Below, piece by piece: positions 19,925 through 33,140 of a stretch of DNA of 64,000 bases; position 1 is the first letter of the stretch; each line of letters starts with the position of its first letter. Location of the stretch: contig NIVC01000436.1 of the NCBI GenBank assembly GCA_002269645.1, forward strand, positions 377,551-441,550, given 5' to 3'. The translations under genes were made by a program, and so were the position numbers. This DNA is from Macrostomum lignano (taxonomy: Eukaryota). The notes under the pieces are model-generated. The model was given only the letters and a program-made list of their open reading frames with translations, was not told where the DNA came from and made no database searches.

Positions 19925-20520
19925 GTATTTGGCGCCGCCCTGACACTAACTGAGAATTGGCGCCACTCTGACATAAATTAGCGCCACCCTGACCCTATTG
20001 GCGCCACTCTGACACTATTAGCGCCATGCACCCTTGACCCTATTGGCGCCACTCTGACACTATTAGCGCCATGCACCCTTGACCCTATTGGCGCCACTCT
20101 GACACTATTAGCGCCACCCTGGCGCATTATGGCGCAACTTCTGACTCTATTATAGCGCTTCTAGTTGACACTACCGGTTGCCCCAGACACTACTAGGCAC
20201 TACAAAATATCTATCTATTGGCACCCCAACACAGTAGATATTGGCGCCTCCACACCGTAGATATTGGCGCCTCCACACAGTAGATATTGGCGCCTCCACC
20301 CCGTAGATATTGGCGCCCTCACACAGTAGATATTGGCGCCCTCACACCGTAGATATTGGCGCCTCCGCACCGTAGATATTGGCGTCCTCACACCGTAGAT
20401 ATTGGCGCCCTCACACCGTAGATATTGGCGCCCTCACACCGTAGATATTGGCGCCCTCACACCGTAGACATTGGCGCCTCCACACCGTAGATATTGGCGC
20501 CTCCACACCGTAGATATTGT
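19925..20520. repeat. Compound GGCGCC-core minisatellite (20-46 bp units, then 23-bp CACCGTAGATATTGGCGCCCTCA units)
   Basis: Tandem copies directly visible in two sub-arrays. Confidence 0.9.
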
Positions 20521-20994
20521 CGATGTTTGCGCTCGCAAATTTATGCGGGTTTTACCTTTTAAAAACCCTTTCAAATTGCTAAGCGTAGTTTTAATGACAA
20601 AAGCATTTTCTTAATTTATTTTATTTTAATAAAGCAGCTGAATTCTCGCTTTAAAAGAGAATTTTCAAAGCCAAGCAAAATCCTTGTTGACTCCGCTTTT
20701 GTAGGAAGCAACAAAATCAATATTCAGGCTCAGAGCTTCTGAGATTTCAATCGAACAAGAGAAAGAAACACGCAAAAACTGGGCGTGACAATTTTCTGAA
20801 AGCCCTGATCCACTTCTAATCTTCTTCCAGCCTTCGATATTTAATGATTGCAGAATTGCAGACTGCATGCTCAGCGTAAGAGTACACTGTAATTTCAGTA
20901 CCTTGTCCATCTTATTTGCGCTTTGTTAGATGAAATCTTCTCACAGACTCGCATAACCACATTGGGAGTGAGTTTGCTAGCAATGAAGTGATCG

Positions 20995-22975
20995 TCTAGT
21001 AGCTTTGGAGTGAGTCTAGTAGCTTTGGAGGGAGTCTATAGTAGCTTTGGAGTGAGTCTATAGTAGCTTTGGAGTGAGTCTAGTAGTTTTGGAGTGAGTC
21101 TATAGTAGCTTTGGAGTGAGTCTAGTAGTTTTGGAGTGAGTCTAGTAGTTTTGGAGGGAGTCTATAGTAGCTTTGAAGTGAGTCTAGTAGTTTTGGAGGG
21201 AGTCTATAGTAGCTTTGGAGTGAGTCTATAGTAGCTTTGGAGTGAGTCTAGTAGCTTTGGAGTGAGTCTAGCAGTAGCTTTGGAGTGAGTCTAGTAGTTT
21301 TGGAGTGAGTCTAGTAGCTTTGGAGTGAGTCTATAGTAGTTTTGGAGGGAGTCTATAGTAGCTTTGGAGTGAGTCTAGTAGCTTTGGAGTGAGTCTAGTA
21401 GCTTTGGAGTGAGTCTATAGTAGCTTTGGAGTGAGTCTAGTAGCTTTGGAGTGAGTCTAGTAGCTTTGGAGTGAGTCTATAGTAGCTTTGGAGTGAGTCT
21501 AGTAGCTTTGGAGTGAGTCTATAGTAGCTTTGGAGTGAGTCTAGTAGCTTTGGAGTGAGTCTAGTAGCTTTGGAGGGAGTCTATAGTAGCTTTGGAGTGA
21601 GTCTAGTAGCTTTGGAGTGAGTCTATAGTAGCTTTGGAGTGAGTCTAGTAGCTTTGGAGTGAGTCTATAGTAGCTTTGGAGTGAGTCTAGTAGCTTTGGA
21701 GTGAGTCTAGCAGTAGCTTTGGAGTGAGTCTAGTAGTTTTGGAGGGAGTCTATAGTAGCTTTGGAGTGAGTCTATAGTAGCTTTGGAGTGAGTCTAGTAG
21801 TTTTGGAGGGAGTCTATAGTAGCTTTGGAGTGAGTCTATAGTAGCTTTGGAGTGAGTCTATAGTAGCTTTGGAGTGAGTCTAGTAGCTTTGGAGTGAGTC
21901 TAGCAGTAGCTTTGGAGTGAGTCTAGTAGTTTTGGAGGGAGTCTATAGTAGCTTTGGAGTGAGTCTATAGTAGCTTTGGAGTGAGTCTAGTAGTTTTGGA
22001 GGGAGTCTATAGTAGCTTTGGAGTGAGTCTATAGTAGCTTTGGAGTGAGTCTAGTAGCTTTGGAGTGAGTCTAGTAGTTTTGGAGGGAGTCTATAGTAGC
22101 TTTGGAGTGAGTCTATAGTAGCTTTGGAGTGAGTCTATGGTAGCTTTGGAGTGAGTCCTTAGTAGCTTTGGAGTGAGTCTAGCAGCTTTGGAGTGAGTCT
22201 ATAGTAGCTTTGGAGTGAGTCTAGTAGCTTTGGAGTGAGTCTAGCAGTAGCTTTGGAGTGAGTCTAGTAGTTTTGGAGGGAGTCTATAGTAGCTTTGGAG
22301 TGAGTCTATAGTAGCTTTGGAGTGAGTCTATGGTAGCTTTGGAGGGAGTCTATAGTAGCTTTGGAGTGAGTCTATAGTAGCTTTGGAGTGAGTCTAGTAG
22401 CTTTGGAGTGAGTCTAGCAGTAGCTTTGGAGTGAGTCTAGTAGTTTTGGAGGGAGTCTATAGTAGCTTTGGAGTGAGTCTATAGTAGCTTTGGAGTGAGT
22501 CTATGGTAGCTTTGGAGGGAGTCTATAGTAGCTTTGGAGTGAGTCTATAGTAGCTTTGGAGTGAGTCTATAGTAGCTTTGGAGTGAGTCTATGGTAGCTT
22601 TGGAGTGAGTCCTTAGTAGCTTTGGAGTGAGTATAGCAGCTTTGGAGTGAGTCTATAGTAGCTTTGGAGTGAGTCTAGTAGCTTTGGAGTGAGTCTATAG
22701 TAGCTTTGGAGTGAGTCTAGTAGCTTTGGAGTGAGTCTATAGTAGCTTTGGAGTGAGTCTAGTAGCTTTGGAGTGAGTCTAGTAGCTTTGGAGTGAGTCT
22801 ATAGTAGCTTTGGAGTGAGTCTATAGTAGCTTTGGAGTGAGTCTAGTAGCTTTGGAGTGAGTCTAGTAGCTTTTGAGTGAGTCTAGTAGCTTTGGAGTGA
22901 GTCTAGTAGCTTTTGAGTGAGTCTAGTAGCTTCAGAGTGAGTCTAGTAACTTCGGAGTAACTATTTTAGTAGCTT
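20995..22975. repeat. ~2-kb satellite, 20/22-bp unit GGAGTGAGTCTA(TA)GTAGCTTT
   Basis: Directly visible. It is the reverse complement of arrays inside the GM2A-like gene introns. Confidence 0.97.
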
Positions 22976-23483
22976 CGGAGAAACTTTTGTACTAGCGTTT
23001 CTTAGCCTGCGTTGTCCTACTTGCGTATTGGAGGAACTTCAAAACAACAATGACTCAATACAAAAAGTAGTGCAAACTGCAACGAAAGATTGGAAGAGAA
23101 GAAACCGTCTATCGACTCACAAAATCACGCCACCAATATCGGAAGAATCCAAGAAAGTTCAGCTGCCGTTTAATCAGTCCCAGTCAAGCACCGGGTGGCG
23201 TGACCCGCCCGTCACTCGGGCAGGTCAATGTTTAACTCGACTAAACCCCAACTGGAGAGTGGCCTGACCCGATACCGCATAATTCTCTTAGAAATGCACG
23301 TTTTCGGCTATGGAAACAAGGCAGCTGTTGGAGTCCCACGGCACCGGACACCTACTTGTGTTATTCGGTTGCGAAGGCTATAAATTGGCGAAGGATTGGC
23401 GGGATTCTGATTCTGTACACTGCAATTACTTTCAACACCTTCAAGTGTTCTATAGCGACAGATCCTACCCATTGACTTCTAGA

Positions 23484-26032
23484 ATGCAGCTGCTTCTTGT
23501 CACCCTTGCTCTGGTGGCCGCCGGTGCCTCTGCTGAGCAGCTTCAGTGGAAAGACTGCGGTGAGTGTGTACCGACTGCATTGAGACCCATTGCAGTGCTG
23601 CTAGCCTCACTCAAAGGCTACTTGACTCACTCCAAGGCTACTAGACTCACTCCAAGGCTACTAGACTCACTCCAAGGCTACTTGACTCACTCCAAGGCTA
23701 CTAGACTCACTCCAAGGCTACTTGACTCACTCCAAGGCTACTAGACTCAACCCAAGGCTGCTTGACTCACTCCAAGGCTACTAGACTAACTCCAAGGCTA
23801 TTAGAGTCACTTTAAAGCTAATAAAGTCACTCCAAAGCTAATAGAGTCATTCTGAAGCTAATAGAGTCGCTCCAAAGCTAATAGAGTCACTCCAAAAAGC
23901 TAATAGAGTCACTCCAAAGCTAATAGAGTCACTCCGAAGCTAAAAGAGTCACTCCGAAGCTAATAGAGTCACTCCAATGCCAATAGAGCCACTCCAAAGC
24001 TAATAGAGTCACTGCAAAGCTAATAGAGTCACTCCAAAGCTAATAGAGTCACTCCAAAGCTAATAGAGTTACTCTAAAGCTAATAGAGTCACTCCAAAGC
24101 TAATATAGTCACTCCGAAGCTAATAAAGTCGCTCCAAAGCTAATAGAGTCACTCCGAAGCTAATAGAGTCACTCCGAAGCTAATAGAGTCACTCCAAAGC
24201 TAATAGAGTCACTCCAAAGCTAATAGAGTCACTCCGAAGCTAAAAGAGTCACTCCGAAGCTAATAGAGTCACTCCAATGCCAATAGAGCCACTCCAAAGC
24301 TAATAGAGTCACTGCAAAGCTAATAGAGTCACTCCAAAGCTAATAGAGTCACTCCAAAGCTAATAGAGTTACTCTAAAGCTAATAGAGTCACTCCAAAGC
24401 TAATATAGTCACTCCGAAGCTAATAAAGTCGCTCCAAAGCTAATAGAGTCACTCCGAAGCTAATAGAGTCACTCCGAAGCTAATAGAGTCACTCCGAAGC
24501 TAATATAGTCACTCCGAAGCTAATAGAGTCACTGCGAAGCTAATAGAGTCACTCCGAAGCTAATAGAGTCACTCCGAAGCTAATAGAGTCACTCCAAAGC
24601 TGGATCTCTTCAAGTCTATTAGAAGCACTACCACTGCATAAAAATGACTCCAACTCATTCCAGGCTCCTCCAGCGACATCGTGAAGATCACTGACTTCGG
24701 CATGCGCCCCTACCCGCCGATCGCTCAGAAGGGCTTCAACTTCCAGCTGTTCGTCAAGGGTCGCGTCAACAGGGACTTCGGCGAGGCCAAGATGAACCTG
24801 AAGCTGTCCCGCAAGGTCCTGGGCTTCTGGGTCCCGATCCCCTGCCTTGCTGGCTACGGTAGCTGCACCTACGACAACGGCTGCCAGCTGATGGACACCC
24901 TCCTCCGCGAGGCCTCCATCCCGGAGATCCCCGACGAGTGCCCTGGCATCCGCGCCCAGAATGTCGACATGGCCAACAGCATCACCCTGCCCGAGATTCC
25001 CGGCCCTCTGGCTTGGCTCGTGTCGGTAAGAGGAAATCTCCGCTCCAATGCTTGTAGTATAACTCTAATGTCTGCAGTATAACTCCAATGTCTGCAGTAT
25101 AACTCCAATGTCTGCAGTATAACTCCAATGTCTGCAGTATAACTCCAATGTCTGTAGTATAACTCCAATGTCTGTAGTATAACTCCAATGTCTGCAGTAT
25201 AACTCCAATGTCTGTAGTATAACTCCAATGTCTGCAGTATAACTCCAATGTCTGCAGTATAACTCCAATGTCTGCAGTATAACTCCAATGTCTGTAGTAT
25301 AACTCCAATGTCTGTAGTATAACTCCAATGTCTGCAGTATAACTCCAATGTCTGCAGTATAACTCCAATGTCTGCAGTATAACTCCAATGTCTGCAGTAT
25401 AACTCCAATGTCTGCAGTATAACTCCAATGTCTGTAGTATAACTCCAATGTCTGTAGTATAACTCCAATGTCTGTAGTATAACTCCAATGTCTGTAGAAT
25501 AACTTTAAATTACAACGGCTCTAAATCGTCTTCTAAACAATCTAAAGCCACTAGACTCACTCCAAAGCTACTTGACTCACTCCAAAGCTACTAGACTCAC
25601 TCCAAAGCTACTTGACTCACTCCAAAGCTACTAGACTCACTCCAAAGCTACTAGACTCACTCCAAAGCTACTAGACTCACTCCAAAGCTACTAGACTCAC
25701 TACAAAGCTACTAGACTCACTCCAAAGCTACTAGACTCACCCCAAAGCTACTAGACTCACTCCAGAGCTACTAGACTCACCCCAAAGCTACTAGACTCAC
25801 TACAAAGCTACTAGACTCACTCCAAAGCTACTAGACTCACCCCAAAGCTACTAGACTCACTCCAGAGCTACTAGACTCTGCCCGACTCACTCACTTAGCT
25901 GCCAGACTGCTACACAGAATAAAATGCCAATCAATTTCGCAGGGCACTTACCGCGCCCGCGGCGAGGTGATCGAGAACGGCAGCAATGCCCGCGTGATCT
26001 GCATGGAGCTTGAGGGTCGCATTGAAGATTAA
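23484..26032 (+). CDS. GM2A: Ganglioside GM2 activator-like ML-domain lipid-transfer protein, 175 aa, secreted/lysosomal
   Basis: Exons 23484-23559, 24664-25025, 25943-26032 in consistent phase. Signal peptide MQLLLVTLALVAAGASA, QWKDCG, WVPIPCLAGYGSCTYDNGC, LAWLVSGTYR and C-terminal ICMEL match the GM2A/ML pattern. Confidence 0.87.
23606..24600. repeat. Intron-1 satellite (ACTCC(A/G)AAGCTA(C/A)TAGA(C/G)TC family) with a 300-bp higher-order duplication
   Basis: Reverse-complement relative of 20995-22975. The variant ACTCCAATGCCAATAGAGCC recurs 300 bp apart (~23971 and ~24271). Confidence 0.95.
25050..25500. repeat. 20-bp minisatellite AACTCCAATGTCTG(C/T)AGTAT (intron 2)
   Basis: About 22 near-perfect copies. 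The minus-strand LELYCRHWSY ORFs are translations of this repeat. Confidence 0.97.
25545..25880. repeat. 20-bp minisatellite AAAGCTACTAGACTCACTCC (intron 2)
   Basis: Exact reverse complement of the unit in 20995-22975. Confidence 0.97.
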
Positions 26033-27134
26033 ATCGGTTTTAAGCGACTTGATCGTTTCGAGGTGATCGAGGTGGGTTGGACATGTCAATCGTAGTGGAG
26101 GCACATCTGATGGGAATAAACATTTTATCAATCAAAGAGGCTTAAATTTTGTACTGCCTTAAGTGTTTGTCGCAAGTAAATTGGAAGCTAAATAAACTTG
26201 ACATGCTAACATCAACAAAGTGATTCTACAATACATTTTAAACTACTCATAAATTTTGTTGTATTTATTTGTTAAACTCAATTTATTTAAAACTCTAATT
26301 CCTAATTAGAATATAGGTAGCGTACCCCGGTGATGCATTCTGTTCGCAAGCATGGACAACACTTGTAAATACACCTTTTCACCTTCAATTTTTATCAAAG
26401 TCCAGTTTTAAAAAAACTAGCAGAAATTCAACTCAGACAATTCAGACTGGGGACAATTTTGTCTATGGCTAAACCGTTCTTCGGTGGCAGAATGTTTAGA
26501 ACTGGGTTTTGTTTTTATTGATTTTCCATAAGCGTTAATCGCTACTGATTAAGCTTAAGTAAGAAAGAAGCAGCAGACTGAAAACTGTAGCTTCTAGAAC
26601 TGCTCCTTCAACTTCTGATGAGGCCCAAGAATATAAAATCCAAAGTGCTACCATAGACACGTGACTCATGGCTTAGACATCAGTGTGCTGTAGTATAATA
26701 TAAGTTAGACCAATAATTTCCTTGATAGCTTCCAATTGGTTGCTAAGCTCTGCTTCGTGCCTTGGAATATAGCAAGTCACATGACTTCTAAGACGGGGCG
26801 CTTCTCTGGTATTGGTTAAGGCTTCATTCAACTAAATGAAGTGCGGATTTAACACAATTTTTCCGCTGTAACCCTTTATACGAGGTAGACTCAAGTTGAC
26901 TAGCTTCAAAAAATTCCTTTTTTCCAATCTTTATTTACGTTCAAACTGTAATTAATTTAAATTCCGCTTCAATGATGGATAAAATCTGGGCTGACTTTCA
27001 TTACATTTGCCACGCCCGCATGGTTGGCAAAAATTGAAAATTTCAACGCTTATTTTCATCCGTTTTTTATAACTTCATCAGCTAAATTAGTACTTAGTAC
27101 TTTTAGCTTATCGAAGATCAGTTCGTGGGTGACA

Positions 27135-28345
27135 TTGTCAGTGAGCCGTCTTGTTAGTTGATAATCTTGTCAGCGAGTCATCTTGTCAGTTGATGATCTT
27201 GTCAGTGAGTGTCATCTTGGCAGTTGATGATCTCGTCAGTGAGTCATCTTGTCAGTGAGTCATCTTGTCAGTGAGTCATCTTGTCAGTTGATGATCTTGT
27301 CAGTGAGTCATCTTGTCAGTTGATGATCTTGTCAGTGAGTCATCTTGTCAGTTGATGATCTTGTCAGTGAGTGTCATCTTGGCAGTTGATGATCTCGTCA
27401 GTGAGTCATCTTGGCAGTTGATGATCTCGTCAGTGAGTCATCTTGTCAGTTGATGATCTCGTCAGTTGATGATCTCGTCAGTGAGTCATCTTGTCAGTGA
27501 GTCATCTTGTCAGTTGATGATTTTGTCAGTGAGTCATCTTGTCAGTTGATGATCTTGTCAGTGAGTCATCTTGTCAGTTGATGATCTCGTCAGTGAGTCA
27601 TCTTGTCAGTGAGTCATCTTGTCAGTTGATGATCTTGTCAGTGAGTCATCTTGTCAGTTGATGATCTTGTCAGTGAGTCATCTTGTCAGTTGATGATCTT
27701 GTCAGTGAGTGTCATCTTGTTAGTTGATGATCTCGTCAGTGAGTCATCTTGTCAGTGAGTCATCTTGTCAGTTGATGATCTTGTCAGCGAGCCGTCTTTT
27801 CAGTTGATGATCTTGTCAGTGAGTGTCATCTTGTTAGTTGATGATCTCGTCAGTGAGTCATCTTGGTAGTTGATAATCTTGTCAGTGAGTTATCTTGTCA
27901 GTTGATGATCTTGTCAGCGAGCCGTCTTGTTAGTTGATAATCTTGTCAGTGAGTGTCATCTTGGCAGTTGATGATCTCGTCAGTGAGTCATTTTGTCAGT
28001 GAGTCATCTTGTCAGTGAGTCATCTTGTCAGTGAGTCATCTTGTCAGTTGATGATCTTGTCAGCGAGCCGTCTTGTTAGTTGATAATCTTGTCAGTGAGT
28101 CATCTTGGCAGTTGATGATCTTGTCAGTGAGTCATTTTGTCAGTGAGTCATCTTGTCAGTGAGTCATCTTGTCAGTGAGTCATCTCGTCAGTGAGTCATC
28201 TTGTCAGTGAGTCATCTTGTCAGTGAGTTATCTTGTCAGTGAGTCATCTTGTCAGTGAGTCATCTTGTCAGAGGGTCATCTTGTCAGTGAGTCAGTGAGT
28301 GACTCGTCATATAGCTCGCTTACATGGCGGGTGAGTCAGTGAGTC
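27135..28345. repeat. 16-bp satellite alternating GTCAGTGAGTCATCTT / GTCAGTTGATGATCTT
   Basis: Directly visible; contains dozens of TGAGTCA heptamers. Confidence 0.95.
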
Positions 28346-29560
28346 ATCTGGTTGCAGATCCACTCATTAGGGTGGTTAGATAATCGCTATATGAACCAAG
28401 TAATAGCGCAAAAAGCGGCAAAAAAGCTTACGCAAAGGAACTGAGCAAGGATATAGTCTAATAGAAAAGTAGCCACATATATAGACGCTCCCATAATCTT
28501 GTTGTTGCTCTCAATTCTGACAGATTGTCAATCAGCCGCGGCGGCGGCGAGCAAGGAAAGAAAAGTTTTCACTTCTTCTCTTCATCTTCTTATTTTCCTC
28601 GAGTGCTCCCAGGAAGAAAAAATTAGAATAGCTGGAGGAACGGCGGGCATCGGAGCTCTCTGATTTGGCTTGTCCGAGTCGATTTTTCTGCTGCCAGGGA
28701 GGAAGAGGGGGGAGAGAACAGAGCGATCGACTTGGTTCAAATTGGCTTCGAAGCCCCATAGGAGCTTACGCGCCAAAAGGCCTTTTCTCTAGCTAATGGA
28801 CTAGTTTTTCCCTTAGCTCTACTGTTACAATACATTTCAAGTACTTCTCTTGTTGCTGGGGGGGGGGGAAGGAAGCTCCTCGCCCGAAGCGTCGAAGCGG
28901 CCCTCAAGGGTAAAACAAGAGCGAATTTTCTGCTTGTGATTTAATTCCTACGTCACGACATGGTCAAGCCTGTCTCGAGTCAGTACAGCAGATCGACTGA
29001 CGGACTGACTCATCTCGCACCTATTTTTAAATATTTTCTTTGTCAAAGCCTCTGTTTACCTACGAGTATCTGTTTTTGATACTTGATTAATTTGATAGGT
29101 AATATTGAGATGTTTGAGATGTAAATTCGTTTCTGAGAAAATCAAGGGCTGACTTTATATTGAACTTACGCCATATGTTAGTTAAAGCGATAAAGTTTTT
29201 TAGGGAATACAATTTGACGTTTTGATTCATTCTTTGATTCCTATCTCGGTGGTGTATATTTTTCTGGAAAAAGCATGCAGCCTTCAAAGATTTTCTAAGA
29301 AATAATCCGTCCTGTGCATCTACTTAAAAGTCGTCCTTGCAGGACACGACGCGTCAACAGCCAATGGCGATTCGCGGTTAAAGCCCACCAACCAGGGCTG
29401 AAATCTCCGCTAGCCTGCTTGCCTCTAACGAACTCTGTATAAAGAAGCGACGACTGCAGAAGCTGCAGAGCGTGGCGCTAATAAATTTACGCATAAGCAA
29501 CTGGCAATCTTGAATCTTCTCTATCTTATTAAGTTTTGATAAGCGGCACGGCGGCACATC

Positions 29561-31362
29561 ATGTCTGGTTTATCTGGCATAGGCCTACTAATCTACAACG
29601 CAGCCCTAGGATCAGTGTTCGCTGTTGGTCTCCTTGGCAACTGCCTAGTGATCGGGGTGATCTTACGCCAACGCTCCGGTACTCGATCGCCAACGAGTAT
29701 CTACCTGGCTAATTTAGCTCTGGCCGATGCTCTGCACCTGTTGTCGATACCGCCTCTGATTCATACGTCCATCGCGAACTACTGGGCTTGGTCAGAGCTG
29801 GCCTGCAAGGTGTATTACCTACTGTTCTACATGAACTCCACCATGTCAGTTTATATCATCACTGCTATGAGCTTCGATCGCTATAAAGCAGTCGTGTCGC
29901 CATTCACTTCGGCCGGCTTGCGTAACAAACGATTTGCCAGCATCATTCTCGTCGCCCTGTGGATCATTGGAGCCCTGGTGATCAGCCCCGTCTGCTTGTA
30001 TGCTCATATTGATGAGCTGTACAACGCCACGCACTGCACGCATTCACAGGTAAGAATTGGACACAGCTAAAGGGACACAGGCGCGTCGAATGGTACAATA
30101 TAATTAATACGACTCTGTGAGGTATTCAACCAAACATATTTGATCAAGAACCTTTCGAATGAAGCAGTAAACGTGATCAGTAAACTCAGTAACGCCAGAA
30201 ACACACAGTCAGTAACGCCAGTAACACACAATGAGTAACGCCAGTAACACACAGTCAGTAACGCCAGTAACACACAGTCAGTAACGCCAGTAACACACAG
30301 TCCGTAACGCCAGTAACACACAGTCCGTAACGCCAGTAACACACAGTCAGTAACGCCAGTAACACACAGCCAGTAAAGTGTTCAGTTTCGTAACATAGTC
30401 ACTAATGTGTGAAGTAACCATGAGCATAAATGTCTTTGTGTCAACCACTTTGACACAAAATTGACAAAAATACAACAGTTTGAACACATTTATAGAAAAC
30501 AAAACTCGTCTCTAATGCTCCATTCTACCAGTGTTTTCACAGCTGTCTCACAATTTCTCTCGCACAGATGCCACCGATGGAGGACGCCAACGAGACGGAG
30601 CCGGTGCCAGACGATCTGTCCGACATGATGCGCAGCTTTTTCACGCATCCAGCCTACTTCATTCGCTACATTTTTGTCACCGGCTGCGTGCTGCCCGGCC
30701 TAATGCTGATCTGCTTCTACTCGCTGATTGTGCACAAGCTCTACATGATGAAGCTCGCCAGGAACTCCAGCGGTCAGGCCCGACAGAGATTCGAGAAGGT
30801 CACCTTGCTTGTTGGAGCCGTTGTCGCTTTCTACGTTGTCTGTTGCCTGCCTCACTGGGTGCACGTGAACGTGAGCCTGAGCGTGAGCGGCCACTCCTAC
30901 TGGCTGGTGGTCAGCTCCCACATCACCGCCCTGCTCGGCTACGTCAGCAGCGCCGGAAATCCCGTGCTCTACGCCTTTTTAAACGACCCGTTTCGAGCGT
31001 CACTACGTGAGTTTCTCGGCATCAACGGGCCGGCCGGCGCTGGTGGCGCTGGCGGAGCGCTGGGCGCTGCCGGCGCTGGCGGCGCTGCTGGCGGAGCTGC
31101 CGGTGCAGCGGCTGTAGCCGGCGGCGCAGCCGGAGCGGCAGACGGGCTGATTTCGGGCACCGGCGGGGCTGCCGACGCGGAGGCCGTCGCCACCACCCGG
31201 CAGCTGTTGAGTGGCAGCGTCGGAACCGGCGGCATCTTCGGCGGTGGAGCTGTCGTTGTTGGCGGCGGTGGCGGCGAGGGATCTCCAACGATGGGCCTGA
31301 CGACCTACAATGTCACCTCTATGGAGAGTCAAGAGCACGGACAGGAACAGTCGGCTGTGTAA
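29561..31362 (+). CDS. Class A (rhodopsin-like) peptide GPCR, somatostatin/opioid/allatostatin-C receptor-like, ~427 aa
   Basis: Exons 29561-30049 and 30568-31362 (phase 0). GN in TM1, LALAD in TM2, SFDRY, TM4 W, CCLP in TM6, NPVLY in TM7, Gly/Ala-rich tail. Confidence 0.9.
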
Positions 31363-32944
31363 ATTTGAGAGCTAGCCAGTAACCATCAGCAAACCATAAG
31401 CAGGTTTTCGTCGATAAGCCACGAAGTTAGCCTTCTGTTTTCTGCCCGCGAAGACTACGAGCGGGGTGGACCTACATGTAGGTAGTTTGCTTAGTCACAG
31501 CGTAGGTTTTTTAAATCTTCGAATGCACCTATAAACTTATGTATATTTAAGCGTTTGTGATGAGATTGTATAAACTTGAAAACAAGCGGAATTTCGCCAT
31601 AAGTATGGCTCCAGTACTCAGTCTGTCAGGCCTAATGAGGAGAAAAACAATCTATGTCAAAATTTACTTAGTTTTATTAGTTATCAGAGTGTGAGTTTAC
31701 TGTTGCTTGCAACTACATTTGTGTTTCTTCTCTGCTTCGTAACTTATCCAACAGAGATCCCTTGAGCTCGTATTCGGCAAGCGCAATTCCCTTTTTTATT
31801 TCTCTTACGAGTAAACTTGGAATTTATTTTTTGACTGTACTGCCCCCAATTTTTGTTTATTTTCGTATTGTTTCCCGTGTCCTATGTCCTGGTAATCCCG
31901 TGTCCTAGCTCTAATTACCAGTTTATTTACCTGAAACCCTGTCCAAAAACGAGCTTATGTCGAACTTTAGTGACACTCTGTGTGTATTTATCATAACCCA
32001 AAAGTTTAAATTGATTTCAATGACGATATCGTAGTCTGTAAAGTTTGTCCTCGTGTTGTGCAATTTCTAATTTTAACGAATTACTTTTTTTGTTATAATC
32101 AGTTTGCATAACTGTCTCTATTATTGTAATATCTCTGTTGTTTCGTATTACTTTGTTTTACTAAGTCATTCAAATTTGTGTTACTAAAATGTTGCAAAAT
32201 ATATTGTTGTTAAGACTCGAAGACTCGTTACCTTTGGGTATTTCCTTTACTAAACACCTATCAGGCAAATTCGTCAATGTAGAGTTTACCGCTGTTTCAA
32301 TGTTTGCTTCGTTAAGCTACAGCTTTAAAAGAAGGAGGTTTCGATGAACACATGGACGTTATCTTCACAGTACCTACGGTAGATTTTCTACGAAACTTTC
32401 TACTGTCAAATCCCCGCTGCTCCTGCCTTAACGCTGCTTACCCACTCTTTGGGAGCGAAGTCAAAACAAGTCGTGGCATCGTGGCAAAAAGGCACAGTTA
32501 AAAGCCTCTGGATACCCGGAAAGATTTGCAGGCAGGCGCAAACGTCTGCAAGATTTAACAGGACTGGCACACTTTGCCCAGCGACAAGAAAGCCTAAAAG
32601 TGCAAGATTTGCCGTTCTGCAATGGGAAGGACAGAATTTACGCTCGTAGCCTTGACGTCGCCTGGTTGGACAAGACTTCCGAATGCTTCATTTAGTTGGC
32701 TCTCCGAATTCCGACCGCTAAAGTAGCGTGACGCTGCACTTGGATATCGTGTAAAAGTTACTGCAAAATGAAGTGACGAGATAGGAAGTTTTTTTTAATT
32801 TTTCTCACTCAATAGAAGATATCAATCAAATTTAGCCTGAACACGTTGTGCCTAGTTTTATTCATAAATTTGTTTGGACAAGTTCAAAAAACAAAGACGC
32901 ACTGACGATACGATAAATACCCGTTCGTTACCGGCCTTTAGATC

Positions 32945-33140
32945 GTTTCTAAGAAAATCTAGTCTAGCGTCCTTATACTTCAGCTGTCCAGCTCGTTTCT
33001 AAGAAAACCCAGTCTAGCGTCCTTTTACTTAAGCTGTCCAGCTCGTTTCTAAGAAAACCCAGTCTAGCGTCCTTTTACTTAAGCTGTCCGGCTCGTTTCT
33101 AAGAAAACCCAGTCTAGCGTCCTTTTACTTCAGCTGTCCA
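32945..33140. repeat. 4 x 50-bp tandem repeat
   Basis: GTTTCTAAGAAAACCCAGTCTAGCGTCCTTTTACTTAAGCTGTCCAGCTC-like units start at 32945, 32995, 33045 and 33095. Confidence 0.92.

Noticed and set aside
24869-25488. LELYCRHWSY repeat ORFs
   Set aside because: Antisense translations of the 20-bp intronic minisatellite of the GM2A-like gene.
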